From a virus (taxonomy: Duplodnaviria; Caudoviricetes), in IMG/VR virus record IMGVR_UViG_3300003886_000037, positions 1-36,446 of that record: a stretch of 36,446 nucleotides of DNA; one strand, written 5' to 3'. Under the pieces are notes generated by a model. That model was not told the origin of the DNA. It did not search any database and saw only the letters and a program-made list of their open reading frames with translations. Position 1 is the stretch's first letter, and every line of letters begins with the position of its first letter. Below, piece after piece: positions 8,850 through 18,438 of this stretch. A program made the position numbers and the translations under genes.

Positions 8850-10586
8850 TTATCCAATCTTCGTGATTCTTAGGTACGAAGCGTCATCTATAATTGTATT
8901 CGCTACTTGAGCCGTTCCTTGCGCAAACTGTAAGTCCCACGAATCTGCGGTTCCTGCTTCAACAGTACCTACGACATGAAGAACGTGGTTGCCCACGACA
9001 TTCTGAACAGCCCCCAGAGCAGTGTGAAAATTGGTATCCTGAAACGTGAGTGTGCCGTTGTCGGAGATGGACGTAATCTGGAAGAATCCATCAGTAAAGG
9101 AGCCACCGCCCTGAGGATTCAGCCGTAACGCTATGTCCGCCAGCACGTTCGCTTGATTGACTTTTAAGAATATTTCAATGTGGTAGATAGCGCCAGTATC
9201 AAACCGAAACCCACTCAACGATGTTACATTGACGAAGACCGTAGTGTTGTTGACTTGCTGCTGATCACCAGACTTATTGAACCACTGAGTGCAATTTACC
9301 CTCATCTCAGTACCGATGTCATCGGTGTACCGCAAAGTGTTCGCCACGTCGTTGGCGACCCAGACCTGACCATCCCCGGCAATACTCGCTTCTGCGGCTG
9401 CTTGTTCCCCGATAAATACCGGCGGCACTTCCATCCTTGCGAAAGAAGTCTGGCTAACCTGAAAAACACCATCACCAAAATCTGCCCCGCCTATACCGAA
9501 CTGTAGAACAGGTCCAAGGTTCTGTATGGACATCGTACTGTTGTCTGCGTTATTACGAAGATCAATCTCACAACTAGGTCCGAATTCAACCCCACTGGTA
9601 TTAGTAAACTCCCAGGAGCCAGAGATTATTTGGCTGCCTGCAGGATCAAAATTGTTAATCTGAAATTCTTCACCTAAATTATTTGTAAACATAGGAAAGT
9701 TTCTAGGAACTCCGGACTGTACCCAGAATTGACCCTGACCAGCAACATTAGCGACCGAGGCGGCACGTTCAACCATATTGATGACGCCATTAACTAAGAA
9801 CTTGGGTATCGCTGAATCGAAGGTCAACGCAGCATCACCTTCTATATCGGTAGGACTAACCCAGACAGCGAGTTGGTTATTGGCTGGAACCCCACTGATC
9901 TGTGCTCCGCCACCTCCTCCTCCTCCAAGCAAACTCGTGGAAACCCCGTTAGCGTCCACGAAAAATATATCATCGCCTGACGCATGAAGCTGCCCGACAC
10001 CTGGAACGTCTGCCACGGCTGTCGTATACCTCAACCTGATGGGAGGATTGAACTGCCACTGTCCGAATATTGTCACCGCTGCTGTGGGATCGAAGCCGGG
10101 AATCGTGATCAGTTTTTGAACACCTGCCCCCGAAGCAGTAACTCCGGCTCCCGCAAAATTAAGTTCGGTCGCTAAAGTAAGAAGCCCAAGACCTTCATCA
10201 AGAATTTCGATGCCAGTGATACCTCCGGAGGGAGGCACTGAGTAAGCGCCCGTCTCATCTAAGTAGCTAGTCGCTACTCCACCATCATTCAGCGTAACTC
10301 CGTTGACAGAAACTCCTACGACAGCAGCAGAAAGGCTGATCGTCACTGGAAGACCCGCTCCACCATCGACGAGAGACATGTTCGCTCCGGGCGTCAATAT
10401 CCGCTCGTTAGGAAGCTGCGCGTTCGCCGTCAGTGTAATAAACGTCGCATCTAACCCACCCACAGCAGCAAGTAGATCACTGACAGCAACCCGACGGCTC
10501 TCAAGTTCACTAATAGCAAGCTCAAGCTGCTCAGTCCCGACGAGCGGTAGTGTTACCGGCCCTAAATCCGTTATCTTTACGCTCAT
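8850..10586 (-). CDS. Tail fibre / receptor-binding protein (578 aa)
   Basis: Start reassigned to MSVKITDL at 10586. Poly-Gly linker, three internal GxGQxWV...F/Y.(D/N)..G repeats, and a C-terminal jelly-roll-like head domain. Confidence 0.7.
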   Translation of the reverse strand: MSVKITDLGPVTLPLVGTEQLELAISELESRRVAVSDLLAAVGGLDATFITLTANAQLPNERILTPGANMSLVDGGAGLPVTISLSAAVVGVSVNGVTLNDGGVATSYLDETGAYSVPPSGGITGIEILDEGLGLLTLATELNFAGAGVTASGAGVQKLITIPGFDPTAAVTIFGQWQFNPPIRLRYTTAVADVPGVGQLHASGDDIFFVDANGVSTSLLGGGGGGGAQISGVPANNQLAVWVSPTDIEGDAALTFDSAIPKFLVNGVINMVERAASVANVAGQGQFWVQSGVPRNFPMFTNNLGEEFQINNFDPAGSQIISGSWEFTNTSGVEFGPSCEIDLRNNADNSTMSIQNLGPVLQFGIGGADFGDGVFQVSQTSFARMEVPPVFIGEQAAAEASIAGDGQVWVANDVANTLRYTDDIGTEMRVNCTQWFNKSGDQQQVNNTTVFVNVTSLSGFRFDTGAIYHIEIFLKVNQANVLADIALRLNPQGGGSFTDGFFQITSISDNGTLTFQDTNFHTALGAVQNVVGNHVLHVVGTVEAGTADSWDLQFAQGTAQVANTIIDDASYLRITKIG

Positions 10587-10587
10587 A

Positions 10588-10947
10588 TCATAGATCCCAA
10601 GGAGGCGTTCCGCCGTCCAATGCTTGTTGTATTTCCCTGAACTCACCAGACTGTGTCGTACGCAACTGACCATCGCCAGTTGCACGAACGTAGAGGGTTG
10701 AGAACGACGGATCACCGTCAATTTCATTAAGAGGTCTATCCGGTCTTACGAACAGTAGATTGATCTCCTCAGTTGACCGTGCAGCAAGACGATACGGGTC
10801 AAAATCGTCCAGATCGTCCAAGCATACCTTCAATCCCGGCGCATTCGGGTCGTCGTACAGGTCTTCAAGCTTCATCTTTCGACTGCACCTTGCGCAGATG
10901 CCAATACCGAACGTTGACGCGCCAGTTGGGTCAATAAAGATGCTCAT
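10588..10947 (-). CDS. Small Cys-containing tail-module protein (119 aa)
   Basis: GICARCSRK...GLKVC...D.FDP pattern. ATGA-coupled to the upstream gene. Confidence 0.65.
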   Translation of the reverse strand: MSIFIDPTGASTFGIGICARCSRKMKLEDLYDDPNAPGLKVCLDDLDDFDPYRLAARSTEEINLLFVRPDRPLNEIDGDPSFSTLYVRATGDGQLRTTQSGEFREIQQALDGGTPPWDL

Positions 10948-12026
10948 CGCGTGTACACCCCGATTCTTGGGGTCAGTCGGACAGGAGACCCGTCATCCTC
11001 GCCCGTCCAGACGAGTTTTGTCTGCTCTACTAGGTCCGTCTTCAGTAGCGGAAGTCTTGTGTCGTCCGCTTCTGGGATTTCCATACAAACGTCAACCGAA
11101 AGTTCATACACGATGTACTTATACCAGCGTTGCGGAACCTCCAACTCCTGAACCATCGTCCCGACGTCCTGAATTTGCCTCTTGACGTACAGAACGTACT
11201 GAAAGAACGTGAACTGAGTGTCCGGAACCGGCCATACCGTCGCAATTTGCCGCCCACCTTGCGCCGCAGCCTGCTTATCGTACCAATACTCTGTCGGACG
11301 ACTCAAAAAGTTCTTATCGGGGAGATTAGAGTAGTCATCTAGACTGATCTTCGGCATCGGAATCTCATTTGCAGTATTTCCGAGGAAGAACTCCGCAATA
11401 TTCAGTATCGTAAGGCCATTCGCCTGAAGACGAATGAACCTCCACGGTACCTGCTCCTCCAGATCGAGCCAGAACCAATCCCCCGGCACTGCGTTCAGCG
11501 CCGCATTGGTGTAGAGAGTGGTGAAGGCGACGCCATTCTGCGATCCTTGAATAGATATATCCCACGTCTCCGCCACTGCGTTCGTAAAGAAGATACCGTA
11601 GTTGTCAACCTGAACGGCGTTATTTGCACCGAAGTCAGTCTGAACGAACCCCGCAGCAATAGTCTGAACGAGCGACGTCGCAAGATCACTGTCAAACGCA
11701 TTCGCAGCGATTCCCTCACTGGCGCTATCCGTCGTACCGAGCGTCCGATTGAGGTCTCTGATATTGAAGTCCATCACGTCAACCGTCCCGACCGGGAGAG
11801 GTACAGAACGCTGCCCACGGTATATGGGAATAATGACCTTCTCAAGAACCCACAGAGGAATTCCGTACGAAGCCAGCGACGACAGGTTCAGGAACAGAAG
11901 ATCCAAAGCCGTGTCGATGTTCTCAGACGTTATCCCCTGAGGCGGTATCTTACAACGACGGAAAGCATGGTCAATCACCTTCCTCGTCTCGAATACCGTC
12001 AGTCCTACTGTTCCCGAAGTTGCCAT
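10944..12026 (-). CDS. Head-tail adaptor-like structural protein with inserted discoidin (F5/8 type C)-like domain (360 aa)
   Basis: Adaptor-like ends (MATSGT..., RPTEYWYD, VWPVPD, IQDVG...EVPQRW) flank ANAFDSD...IQGSQNG.AFTTL...WRFIRL...LNIAEF, a discoidin-like signature. Confidence 0.6.
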   Translation of the reverse strand: MATSGTVGLTVFETRKVIDHAFRRCKIPPQGITSENIDTALDLLFLNLSSLASYGIPLWVLEKVIIPIYRGQRSVPLPVGTVDVMDFNIRDLNRTLGTTDSASEGIAANAFDSDLATSLVQTIAAGFVQTDFGANNAVQVDNYGIFFTNAVAETWDISIQGSQNGVAFTTLYTNAALNAVPGDWFWLDLEEQVPWRFIRLQANGLTILNIAEFFLGNTANEIPMPKISLDDYSNLPDKNFLSRPTEYWYDKQAAAQGGRQIATVWPVPDTQFTFFQYVLYVKRQIQDVGTMVQELEVPQRWYKYIVYELSVDVCMEIPEADDTRLPLLKTDLVEQTKLVWTGEDDGSPVRLTPRIGVYTR

Positions 12027-12027
12027 C

Positions 12028-12372
12028 TCAGCCCGCCTTGTGCATCTTACCGCCCTTCATGACGTGTGCGACTCCGCCCTTCATGTAACGAGCTTGCCCA
12101 CCCTTCATGACTTTACGATATCCGTCAACCTTTCCGCCACGCTTGTATCCGGGCTTGAGACGACCAGTTCCGCCAGCTTCCTTGTCCATCTCGTTATCAC
12201 CGTCTGGCTTCGCGGGCTGGACACCGTGATCGCTCTTGTTGCCAGTCTTCTTCGTCTTCATTAGGAACTGCGGGGACTGCTTCACGTGACCGCCCTTAGC
12301 GAACCCCATTGCTTCTCCGTGAGACGTAACTCCCTCACCAACCTGTGCGCCTTGCCTGAAACCTTTCATCAT
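12028..12372 (-). CDS. Small basic Lys/Gly-rich protein with repeated (M/A/K)(K/R)GG motifs (114 aa)
   Basis: GGAG RBS. Contains FAKGGHV, YKRGGKV and three MKGG units at an 8-aa period. Confidence 0.7.
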   Translation of the reverse strand: MMKGFRQGAQVGEGVTSHGEAMGFAKGGHVKQSPQFLMKTKKTGNKSDHGVQPAKPDGDNEMDKEAGGTGRLKPGYKRGGKVDGYRKVMKGGQARYMKGGVAHVMKGGKMHKAG

Positions 12373-12381
12373 ATTCTCCTG

Positions 12382-12873
12382 TTAAGCATCTGGATCGCCA
12401 ATCAATGCACGAAGTCGTTCACGAATCTGTTCTCTAAGACCACGCAGTTCATTTATTCCGATATTGACTGCGTCCACTACCTGTCTTGTCTCACCTACCT
12501 TAAATGCGTTCAGAGTACCAATACTCACGTTCACTTCATCACGATCTGTTCTGAAGTCAATTATCTGGATTGCTTCCTGTGCAGGTATCGTCTCTGGCAG
12601 GGCGTTGATAGATGTCAGCGCGGTGAACAGAGCGGCACACTCCACAGGAGAACCTATGATCTTGCTTCTCATGCTTCCATACGTCGGATTATTGATCGAC
12701 CCTACCCTGTTCATCTCCACTGCTATCGCATCGATCCAAGCACTGCCCTGAACATTGCTGAACCTCTGCGTGATGATAGTCTGTATCGCATCGACGAACC
12801 CCGCACGATTGAGAGTGTTGTCAGCGATGACCGCGTCGATGCCAGCCTGGAAAGCGTCTGAAGTTGTCGTCAT
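12382..12873 (-). CDS. Hypothetical protein (163 aa)
   Basis: ATGA-coupled to the upstream gene. C-terminal coiled-coil-like helix. Confidence 0.65.
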   Translation of the reverse strand: MTTTSDAFQAGIDAVIADNTLNRAGFVDAIQTIITQRFSNVQGSAWIDAIAVEMNRVGSINNPTYGSMRSKIIGSPVECAALFTALTSINALPETIPAQEAIQIIDFRTDRDEVNVSIGTLNAFKVGETRQVVDAVNIGINELRGLREQIRERLRALIGDPDA

Positions 12874-14462
12874 GTTATGAGTCCTAATGAAGCCAAAGCA
12901 GCGTGAATTCCCGCCGCCGTTACAGGTACCGCTGCAGGTTGAGCGATTGGGGCAGTTCCGTAGAAACCTAGGTTCGCGTTCGCGTGGGCGAGAACGCCGT
13001 TTAGATTAACTCTTCCACCGAAGTCAGATTGAGCCGTACCAGTGTGGCTGATGAACCTGACGTTTGTGGCCGCGTTGAGTTGCGAACGAATTACTTCAAC
13101 GACTCGATTGACTCCACCGAACGTCACGTCAGGGAAGGCGATTCCGAGGTAGGCAGTCATGGTCTCAGTTCCGGCTCCGGGTTGGAATAAGCCCGCTGCA
13201 GGCTGGACAAACTGCATTCCAACTATCGTACCTAGATTGACCGTAGATCCAGCGACCGTACTGAACGTCGGAGAAACACGAACGGCAGTGACCCCCACTG
13301 ACCTAGTCATTATAGCACCAGCTACCGTGGCCCTAAGTTGTGGAGAAAACGCCAGCCCGTTAGTGAACTGAACATTAGACGTCCCAGCAGTTCTTCGACT
13401 GTGAGCGACGCCTACATTTAATACAAGGGCAGAAACTATATCGAAGTTTCCTTCGTTCTCGATCACAGGTAGCGCATTGAACAGTGTGAACGCCGCGAAT
13501 CCAGGAGCAGCGTCTCCCCGATATAACTTCCTCTCAACCATCAGGCCCCATATAAAGAACCCATTGTCGTAGGTAATCGTCCCTGTCGAGTCAATCACGC
13601 CGCCGTTAAATCCTCCACCAGTCGTAAACGTATCATTGACTATCATATTGAATGACGCTGGTGAGAGCGTGTCAGTCAGGGTTAGCGGTCCATTAAAATC
13701 AAACACCTGACCTGATGCTATAGAAAACAGAGTGTCGAACGCACCATTGAACGCCATCGTATTGGGAGATGCGAGGCGACCAAGAGTAATCGACCACGAC
13801 CCGAAGCCCGGATCCTGAGTGCCGACACCGAACGTTCTGATTCCTGTCGCCGGTACTGCGTTGTTTAACCTGAACGTAATCGCAGACGCAAATCCGCTCT
13901 CAGTGTTGACAATCTCAAGATTGTCCTGCATGAAAATGAAGTTCGACAGATAGACGGTATCTGATAAGCGCAAATCAATCGACGACGATCCCTGTGCAGG
14001 GTCCTCGGCAATTATGGTCATCGCTCGCTTATTTACACCTACAGCGGTATTATTTACATCGAAGTGGATGTCGCCATCGAGAAACTGATTGTTGATGACC
14101 GCATCGCCGCCAGTGTCAAAGTCCAGACCACCAGTCATCGCTCTTGTGCCGTCGATCAACAGGTATTGAGTATGAACGTCACCGACCGCCAAGTTCAGTA
14201 ACGTGTTGTGATCCAACCCAGAAGCGAGTCCGACTAGATCAACAGTGAGTGGGGATACTCCGGCGGACTGAGTGAGGTTGAAGACTGTGCCGACGAGAGA
14301 GAGGGCGAGGACGTCGCCTCCTCCCCCTCCTCCTCCGCCTGGAGCCCAGTCGTAGTCGTAGTTATCGGCAGTGATCTTCGTCAGGACCTCTCCAGGAGCT
14401 CCGTCATCTGGGATCTGGATCGCTACTATCCCCGAGAAACCTAAGCCTGATTGAGCAGCCAT
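12870..14462 (-). CDS. Fibre/spike-like structural protein (530 aa)
   Basis: GAPGEVLTK...YDYDW, poly-Gly linker, and DHNTLLNL..GDVHTQYLLIDGTRAMTG fibre motifs. Beta-rich body with C-terminal LGFYGTAPIAQP...LGLI. Confidence 0.65.
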   Translation of the reverse strand: MAAQSGLGFSGIVAIQIPDDGAPGEVLTKITADNYDYDWAPGGGGGGGGDVLALSLVGTVFNLTQSAGVSPLTVDLVGLASGLDHNTLLNLAVGDVHTQYLLIDGTRAMTGGLDFDTGGDAVINNQFLDGDIHFDVNNTAVGVNKRAMTIIAEDPAQGSSSIDLRLSDTVYLSNFIFMQDNLEIVNTESGFASAITFRLNNAVPATGIRTFGVGTQDPGFGSWSITLGRLASPNTMAFNGAFDTLFSIASGQVFDFNGPLTLTDTLSPASFNMIVNDTFTTGGGFNGGVIDSTGTITYDNGFFIWGLMVERKLYRGDAAPGFAAFTLFNALPVIENEGNFDIVSALVLNVGVAHSRRTAGTSNVQFTNGLAFSPQLRATVAGAIMTRSVGVTAVRVSPTFSTVAGSTVNLGTIVGMQFVQPAAGLFQPGAGTETMTAYLGIAFPDVTFGGVNRVVEVIRSQLNAATNVRFISHTGTAQSDFGGRVNLNGVLAHANANLGFYGTAPIAQPAAVPVTAAGIHAALASLGLIT

Positions 14463-14470
14463 AGATTACC

Positions 14471-15022
14471 TCAGAGAATGTTGTCGATCAACCCGCGCAC
14501 TTCTGCGAGTTTCTCTCTTTCTCCGTCAAGCTCTTGCGCACGCTTATCGAGCGCATCAGCTTTCTGTTGGAGTTCCTCACCAAGACGATCGAGTTCAGCG
14601 CTACGCTGCCCAGCGACCTCCACCTGACGTTGCACAGCAGACTCGTGGGTCTTAATCCCAGCGACTCGTGCCTCCGCCTGTCGTACTTTTTCTGCTGCGT
14701 CTTGTTCAACTATGTGTGCGTCGTTCTCTGCCTCCGAAACCATCTGAGATGCCGTTTCACCAGCATCCCTGACGATCTTGTCAGCTTCTGAATTAGCCTC
14801 CGAAAGAACAGCATCAGTCTCGGCCCTCACCGTCTCTATACCCTCCCGGATCGCAACGATCTCGCTAGCGGGTCCAGCTAGGGCGATCTGCTCCTTTGCT
14901 GCTGACTCCGCACTGTTGAACGCCTCGATCCTCTGCTTTAGCTTCTCAGGGTTCGCCAACAGCGCAAGAGCGTCCATAGACCCACCACTTCCGCCGGAGA
15001 TATCCTTTGCTGATATACTCAT
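14471..15022 (-). CDS. Coiled-coil protein (183 aa)
   Basis: Start reassigned to MSISAKD at 15022 (ATGA overlap). Long A/E-rich heptads. Confidence 0.65.
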   Translation of the reverse strand: MSISAKDISGGSGGSMDALALLANPEKLKQRIEAFNSAESAAKEQIALAGPASEIVAIREGIETVRAETDAVLSEANSEADKIVRDAGETASQMVSEAENDAHIVEQDAAEKVRQAEARVAGIKTHESAVQRQVEVAGQRSAELDRLGEELQQKADALDKRAQELDGEREKLAEVRGLIDNIL

Positions 15023-15342
15023 GAGATTGCCCCCGCTTGGATCAAGTTGAGAGTCGCAGATCCTACCCCTGCCGTCTGATTGATGCGACATGCAGTCGGC
15101 GGGAATGCGTAGTTCCCGTCTGCATTCGCATTTATTCCGACAAGAGTCGGGTGAGGAAACCACGTCGCCGTAAGGGGGTCGAACGCTGGATCAAACACGT
15201 CGTCAAACGTGTGTTCGATCGTCGCCGTTACCACTCCCTGAATGGTCACCCCCAGACCGATGTCTGTCGGACTGAGGTACTGGTCTATAGGAATCGGTAC
15301 TGACACTCCGATTCCAGTCTGAGTTATTCTAACTGGTCTCAT
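15019..15342 (-). CDS. Small beta-rich virion protein (107 aa)
   Basis: GGAGG RBS. TIEHTFDD...WF.H...ANADGNYAFP..ACR pattern. Confidence 0.65.
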   Translation of the reverse strand: MRPVRITQTGIGVSVPIPIDQYLSPTDIGLGVTIQGVVTATIEHTFDDVFDPAFDPLTATWFPHPTLVGINANADGNYAFPPTACRINQTAGVGSATLNLIQAGAIS

Positions 15343-15354
15343 GGGGCTGGCCTC

Positions 15355-16125
15355 CTAGATTGGGGTCGGATTAGTGCGGTCTGCATCTTGAGCGCACATG
15401 ACGAAATCCACGTTATTACTCGTGGATACACCGCCAGTGCCGCACTCAGAATGGATCGCTACAAAGGTCATGAACCTGCTGTCCGCAGGGACTTGGTCCG
15501 TAGATCCTCGACCTCCCCCACCTACAGAATACCTGATGACATTATCTATCAGGCTGAACTGACATGTGATGTATTCATCTTCCGAGATAGAGAACGTAAA
15601 TAGCCCAGAATCTCTGTAGACCTCAACCCCGCTGCGGTACACTGCAAAGTCTACGACTCCTTGACCACCCACCTCAAACTGAATAGCGTTGTCCGGGTTG
15701 GCAAGCATATCGCCAGCTTGGACAGTAGTTATTGAGGCGACCCCTAGAGCCGCTAGTTGAGGCGACCCCAGATTACCAGCAGAAAAACGAACCTGATACT
15801 CTAGTTTAGTCGCAGGAAACCCTTCCGCAGCGTTCCCCGAATTGATCTCAACAGAAGAATACGGGATGAAGACCACAGATGCTTGACCGAGGACATTAGT
15901 TGTGAACGTCGCCATCGCACTGACACCTGTACCGAAAGCTCCTCCAGCTCCTCCAGCTCCATCAGCGAAAACTTGCCACGGATTGTCGTCATTGAGAAAT
16001 CCCCAGAAGTCGTCGAAGAACATGTTCGTGTCTGGGTCGTAGACAACGGGCAACCCTTGAAGGATACCACCCTCCGGTTGAACGGAGACACCTCCAGGGT
16101 ACCTTGTTACTTGGATATTACGCAT
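15355..16125 (-). CDS. Capsid decoration/spike-like protein, paralog 2 (256 aa)
   Basis: Start reassigned to MRNIQVTRYPGG at 16125 (AAGGAG RBS). N-terminus matches the upstream gene. Confidence 0.6.
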   Translation of the reverse strand: MRNIQVTRYPGGVSVQPEGGILQGLPVVYDPDTNMFFDDFWGFLNDDNPWQVFADGAGGAGGAFGTGVSAMATFTTNVLGQASVVFIPYSSVEINSGNAAEGFPATKLEYQVRFSAGNLGSPQLAALGVASITTVQAGDMLANPDNAIQFEVGGQGVVDFAVYRSGVEVYRDSGLFTFSISEDEYITCQFSLIDNVIRYSVGGGGRGSTDQVPADSRFMTFVAIHSECGTGGVSTSNNVDFVMCAQDADRTNPTPI

Positions 16126-16135
16126 GACGTTCTCC

Positions 16136-16855
16136 TTAGCGTGAGCCGCCGAAGAGGACGTAGTCCAGATCAACTGTCGTCGCCGCCGCCACTGCGCCGC
16201 GAGAAAATACAACTGACGGTTGAAGACCGACTGCCGGGAGTAACGCGCCAGGAAGGACAGTGCCTCCTCCGCCGATCACACCATCTGGGCCAGTGAACTG
16301 CGCAGCGACTTTATCGATCCCGTCATAGTAGAATGCCAGCTCGTAATCCGTGGACGGAGCGAGTTGTCCGATGACCGTAGCAACTTCTACGCCGGTATTG
16401 CGCGAGACGATCTCCAGATCGAGTGACGCGTCTGCCTTACGAAAGAAGACGCCATCCGCTGGAGCAACTGTCGCAGCTTCTGGAATGAAGCCAAGCAAAT
16501 AGATCGTGTCCAAGATATCGTCACTGTTGACGCGAGCCCCGAACCACACTTCTTTTCCGACCACGAATTGAAACGCGTCGTCGTCAGAACCTAAGTTAGC
16601 TGCGAGCTTGAGCCCGTCCGTCGCAGCCCCGACAGTGACACCCCTTAGAATACCACTGACACTGAACGGATTCGTTAGCGCCGCCCCAGCTCCGATAACG
16701 GTGGCGTTATAGACTGACGCGTAATCCTCACCCATGCTGAAGTCCTGCACACTGAGGGAGACGTTCGGTCCTGGGACCGGAAGTGAGTTCATTACTGAGT
16801 TGTCTTTTTGGTTGCCAATTCCACCGGGGAATTGTGTTACTTCGATGTTTAACAT
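16136..16855 (-). CDS. Capsid decoration/spike-like protein, paralog 1 (239 aa)
   Basis: First gene after the major capsid gene. MLNIEVTQFPGG N-terminus, beta-sandwich-like body, and AGGAG RBS. Confidence 0.6.
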   Translation of the reverse strand: MLNIEVTQFPGGIGNQKDNSVMNSLPVPGPNVSLSVQDFSMGEDYASVYNATVIGAGAALTNPFSVSGILRGVTVGAATDGLKLAANLGSDDDAFQFVVGKEVWFGARVNSDDILDTIYLLGFIPEAATVAPADGVFFRKADASLDLEIVSRNTGVEVATVIGQLAPSTDYELAFYYDGIDKVAAQFTGPDGVIGGGGTVLPGALLPAVGLQPSVVFSRGAVAAATTVDLDYVLFGGSR

Positions 16856-16875
16856 TTCTTACTCCTAATTTGCCA

Positions 16876-16910
16876 GGAAAGTGTGACCCCCGATTTTCTG
16901 GGGGTCACGC
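16876..16910 (-). terminator. Stem-loop, probable (leaky) intrinsic terminator after the major capsid gene
   Basis: Minus strand GCGTGACCCCC-AGAAAATC-GGGGGTCACAC followed by TTTCC: a 9-bp perfect stem with a short U-tract. Confidence 0.6.
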
Positions 16911-16921
16911 TCATTCCGGTC

Positions 16922-17836
16922 CTAGAGACCCGGAGTTCCGAAGACCGTCCGTGGATCAGTCCACGAAGGCCAGTAACGCTCGGTCGCCTTGTAACGCATG
17001 GAGTCAGTTTCGAAGTCGCCTTCCATTGACTTCTCCATCTTGCGTCGCGTTAGCAACTGAAGGCCACGCGGAGCATCAGTGCCGACCCACCATGCAGTCG
17101 TGCTGGTGATACGGGACAGATTTGCCTGACCCTCACTCAACAGACCCATAGACTTGATCGGGTTGATGTCGTTGTTAGCCGTACCCGTACGAAGAACGCT
17201 CTTCAGCAGAACTTCGGCCTGGAAGACGTTGCTTGGACCGCAAACAATCTTCTTCGGCGTCAAACGGATGCGCTTGCCGTTGTTGTCAACCGCGTTACGG
17301 ATCTGGATCAGCATCTGCTCCAGGGACGTCTGCGAGAGCGCAGCCGCCGTCGTCAGCAAGTTGCTGAACGTTCCGTTAGCGATCGGATGAGTCGCGCTGT
17401 TCAGAGACACGCCATCACCACCCAAGAACGCACCATTGAAGGCACGGTTGAAGATGTTGGCGCAAAGCGTCTCCTTCGTCTCGATCATGGACTGAGCAAG
17501 ATGCTCAGCGTAGATCGTACCGATCTTGATGTGATCGCCGTCTTCCACCAGAACTTTCGTCAGGGCGAAGGCGAGACCATACACACGGTAGACGTAACGC
17601 TGGATGAACAGCACTCCGCCGGACTGGTACGTTACCGGGAGGCCATCTGGCAACTCCGGCGCTGCACCGAATCCGTACAGAACAGGCTCTTCGTGGTAAG
17701 ACCGAGAGATGCCCGGACGTTCCTTGAAGCAACCCTTCCACTCATCGGCTCGTTGGTTGTAGATTCCGTCAAACACCTCGTTCAGGATGGGTTCGACGAC
17801 CGACCGAAAGTCGGTACTCCTCATTGGTACTGACAT
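16922..17836 (-). CDS. Major capsid protein, HK97 fold (Mu gpT-like family; 304 aa)
   Basis: EEPVLYGFGAAP, GGDGVSL.SATHP and MEGDFETDSMRYKATERY..SWTDPR.VFG motifs. Follows the scaffold gene and precedes a hairpin. Confidence 0.85.
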   Translation of the reverse strand: MSVPMRSTDFRSVVEPILNEVFDGIYNQRADEWKGCFKERPGISRSYHEEPVLYGFGAAPELPDGLPVTYQSGGVLFIQRYVYRVYGLAFALTKVLVEDGDHIKIGTIYAEHLAQSMIETKETLCANIFNRAFNGAFLGGDGVSLNSATHPIANGTFSNLLTTAAALSQTSLEQMLIQIRNAVDNNGKRIRLTPKKIVCGPSNVFQAEVLLKSVLRTGTANNDINPIKSMGLLSEGQANLSRITSTTAWWVGTDAPRGLQLLTRRKMEKSMEGDFETDSMRYKATERYWPSWTDPRTVFGTPGL

Positions 17837-17851
17837 GAGTTATCTCTCCCT

Positions 17852-18409
17852 TTAGATTGAGGCTACGTCTGCGACGGTCTGGTGCTGAGAGATCTGGACA
17901 AGAACAATCGGGAACGGATCCGTCAGTTCATTGTCCGGACCTGGATTCAGACCCAGAACGCGGAGACCAGCGTTGGCGGCGGCACTTGCTACATCAAGCG
18001 CGACATTGGAGTTACCCGTTATCGCAGAACCACCGAGCGCGGTCCAGTCAAACTGCTGACCGATATCCGCTTGAGTCAGAGCAGCGTTCGCCTGAATCTC
18101 ATACATGATGGAATCCTGTGCTTGGATGTAATAAGCTCGAATGTTCGTTGCGACCGTATTGGCAATCCATCGATTACTTACCCGATGCCTCCCCTCCACG
18201 TCGTCGTACTCAACCCCCTGAAACGTACCGATAGCACGAGCGCCAGGAGCAGCACCGACGATGAACCCCGCAGCATTGATCTGAATCGGCTCATCCGCGA
18301 ATATATTCGCGGGGTGAGCAGATACGATCGTGCCGAGAGGTCCCGGACGCACAATCCCAGAAGGACTGTACGACGGTCGCAATCCGAACGGAGCAGCTAG
18401 TTGTGACAT
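17852..18409 (-). CDS. Capsid-associated (cement/decoration) protein (185 aa)
   Basis: APFGLRP, GTFQGVEY.D and YEIQAN motifs. Immediately upstream of the major capsid gene. Confidence 0.6.
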   Translation of the reverse strand: MSQLAAPFGLRPSYSPSGIVRPGPLGTIVSAHPANIFADEPIQINAAGFIVGAAPGARAIGTFQGVEYDDVEGRHRVSNRWIANTVATNIRAYYIQAQDSIMYEIQANAALTQADIGQQFDWTALGGSAITGNSNVALDVASAAANAGLRVLGLNPGPDNELTDPFPIVLVQISQHQTVADVASI

Positions 18410-18438
18410 GTTAAACTCCTACTTCAGATCAAATGATC

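Noticed and set aside
8850-14462. Diversity-generating retroelement acting on fibre genes
   Set aside because: I saw no reverse transcriptase and no template/variable repeat pair in the window.
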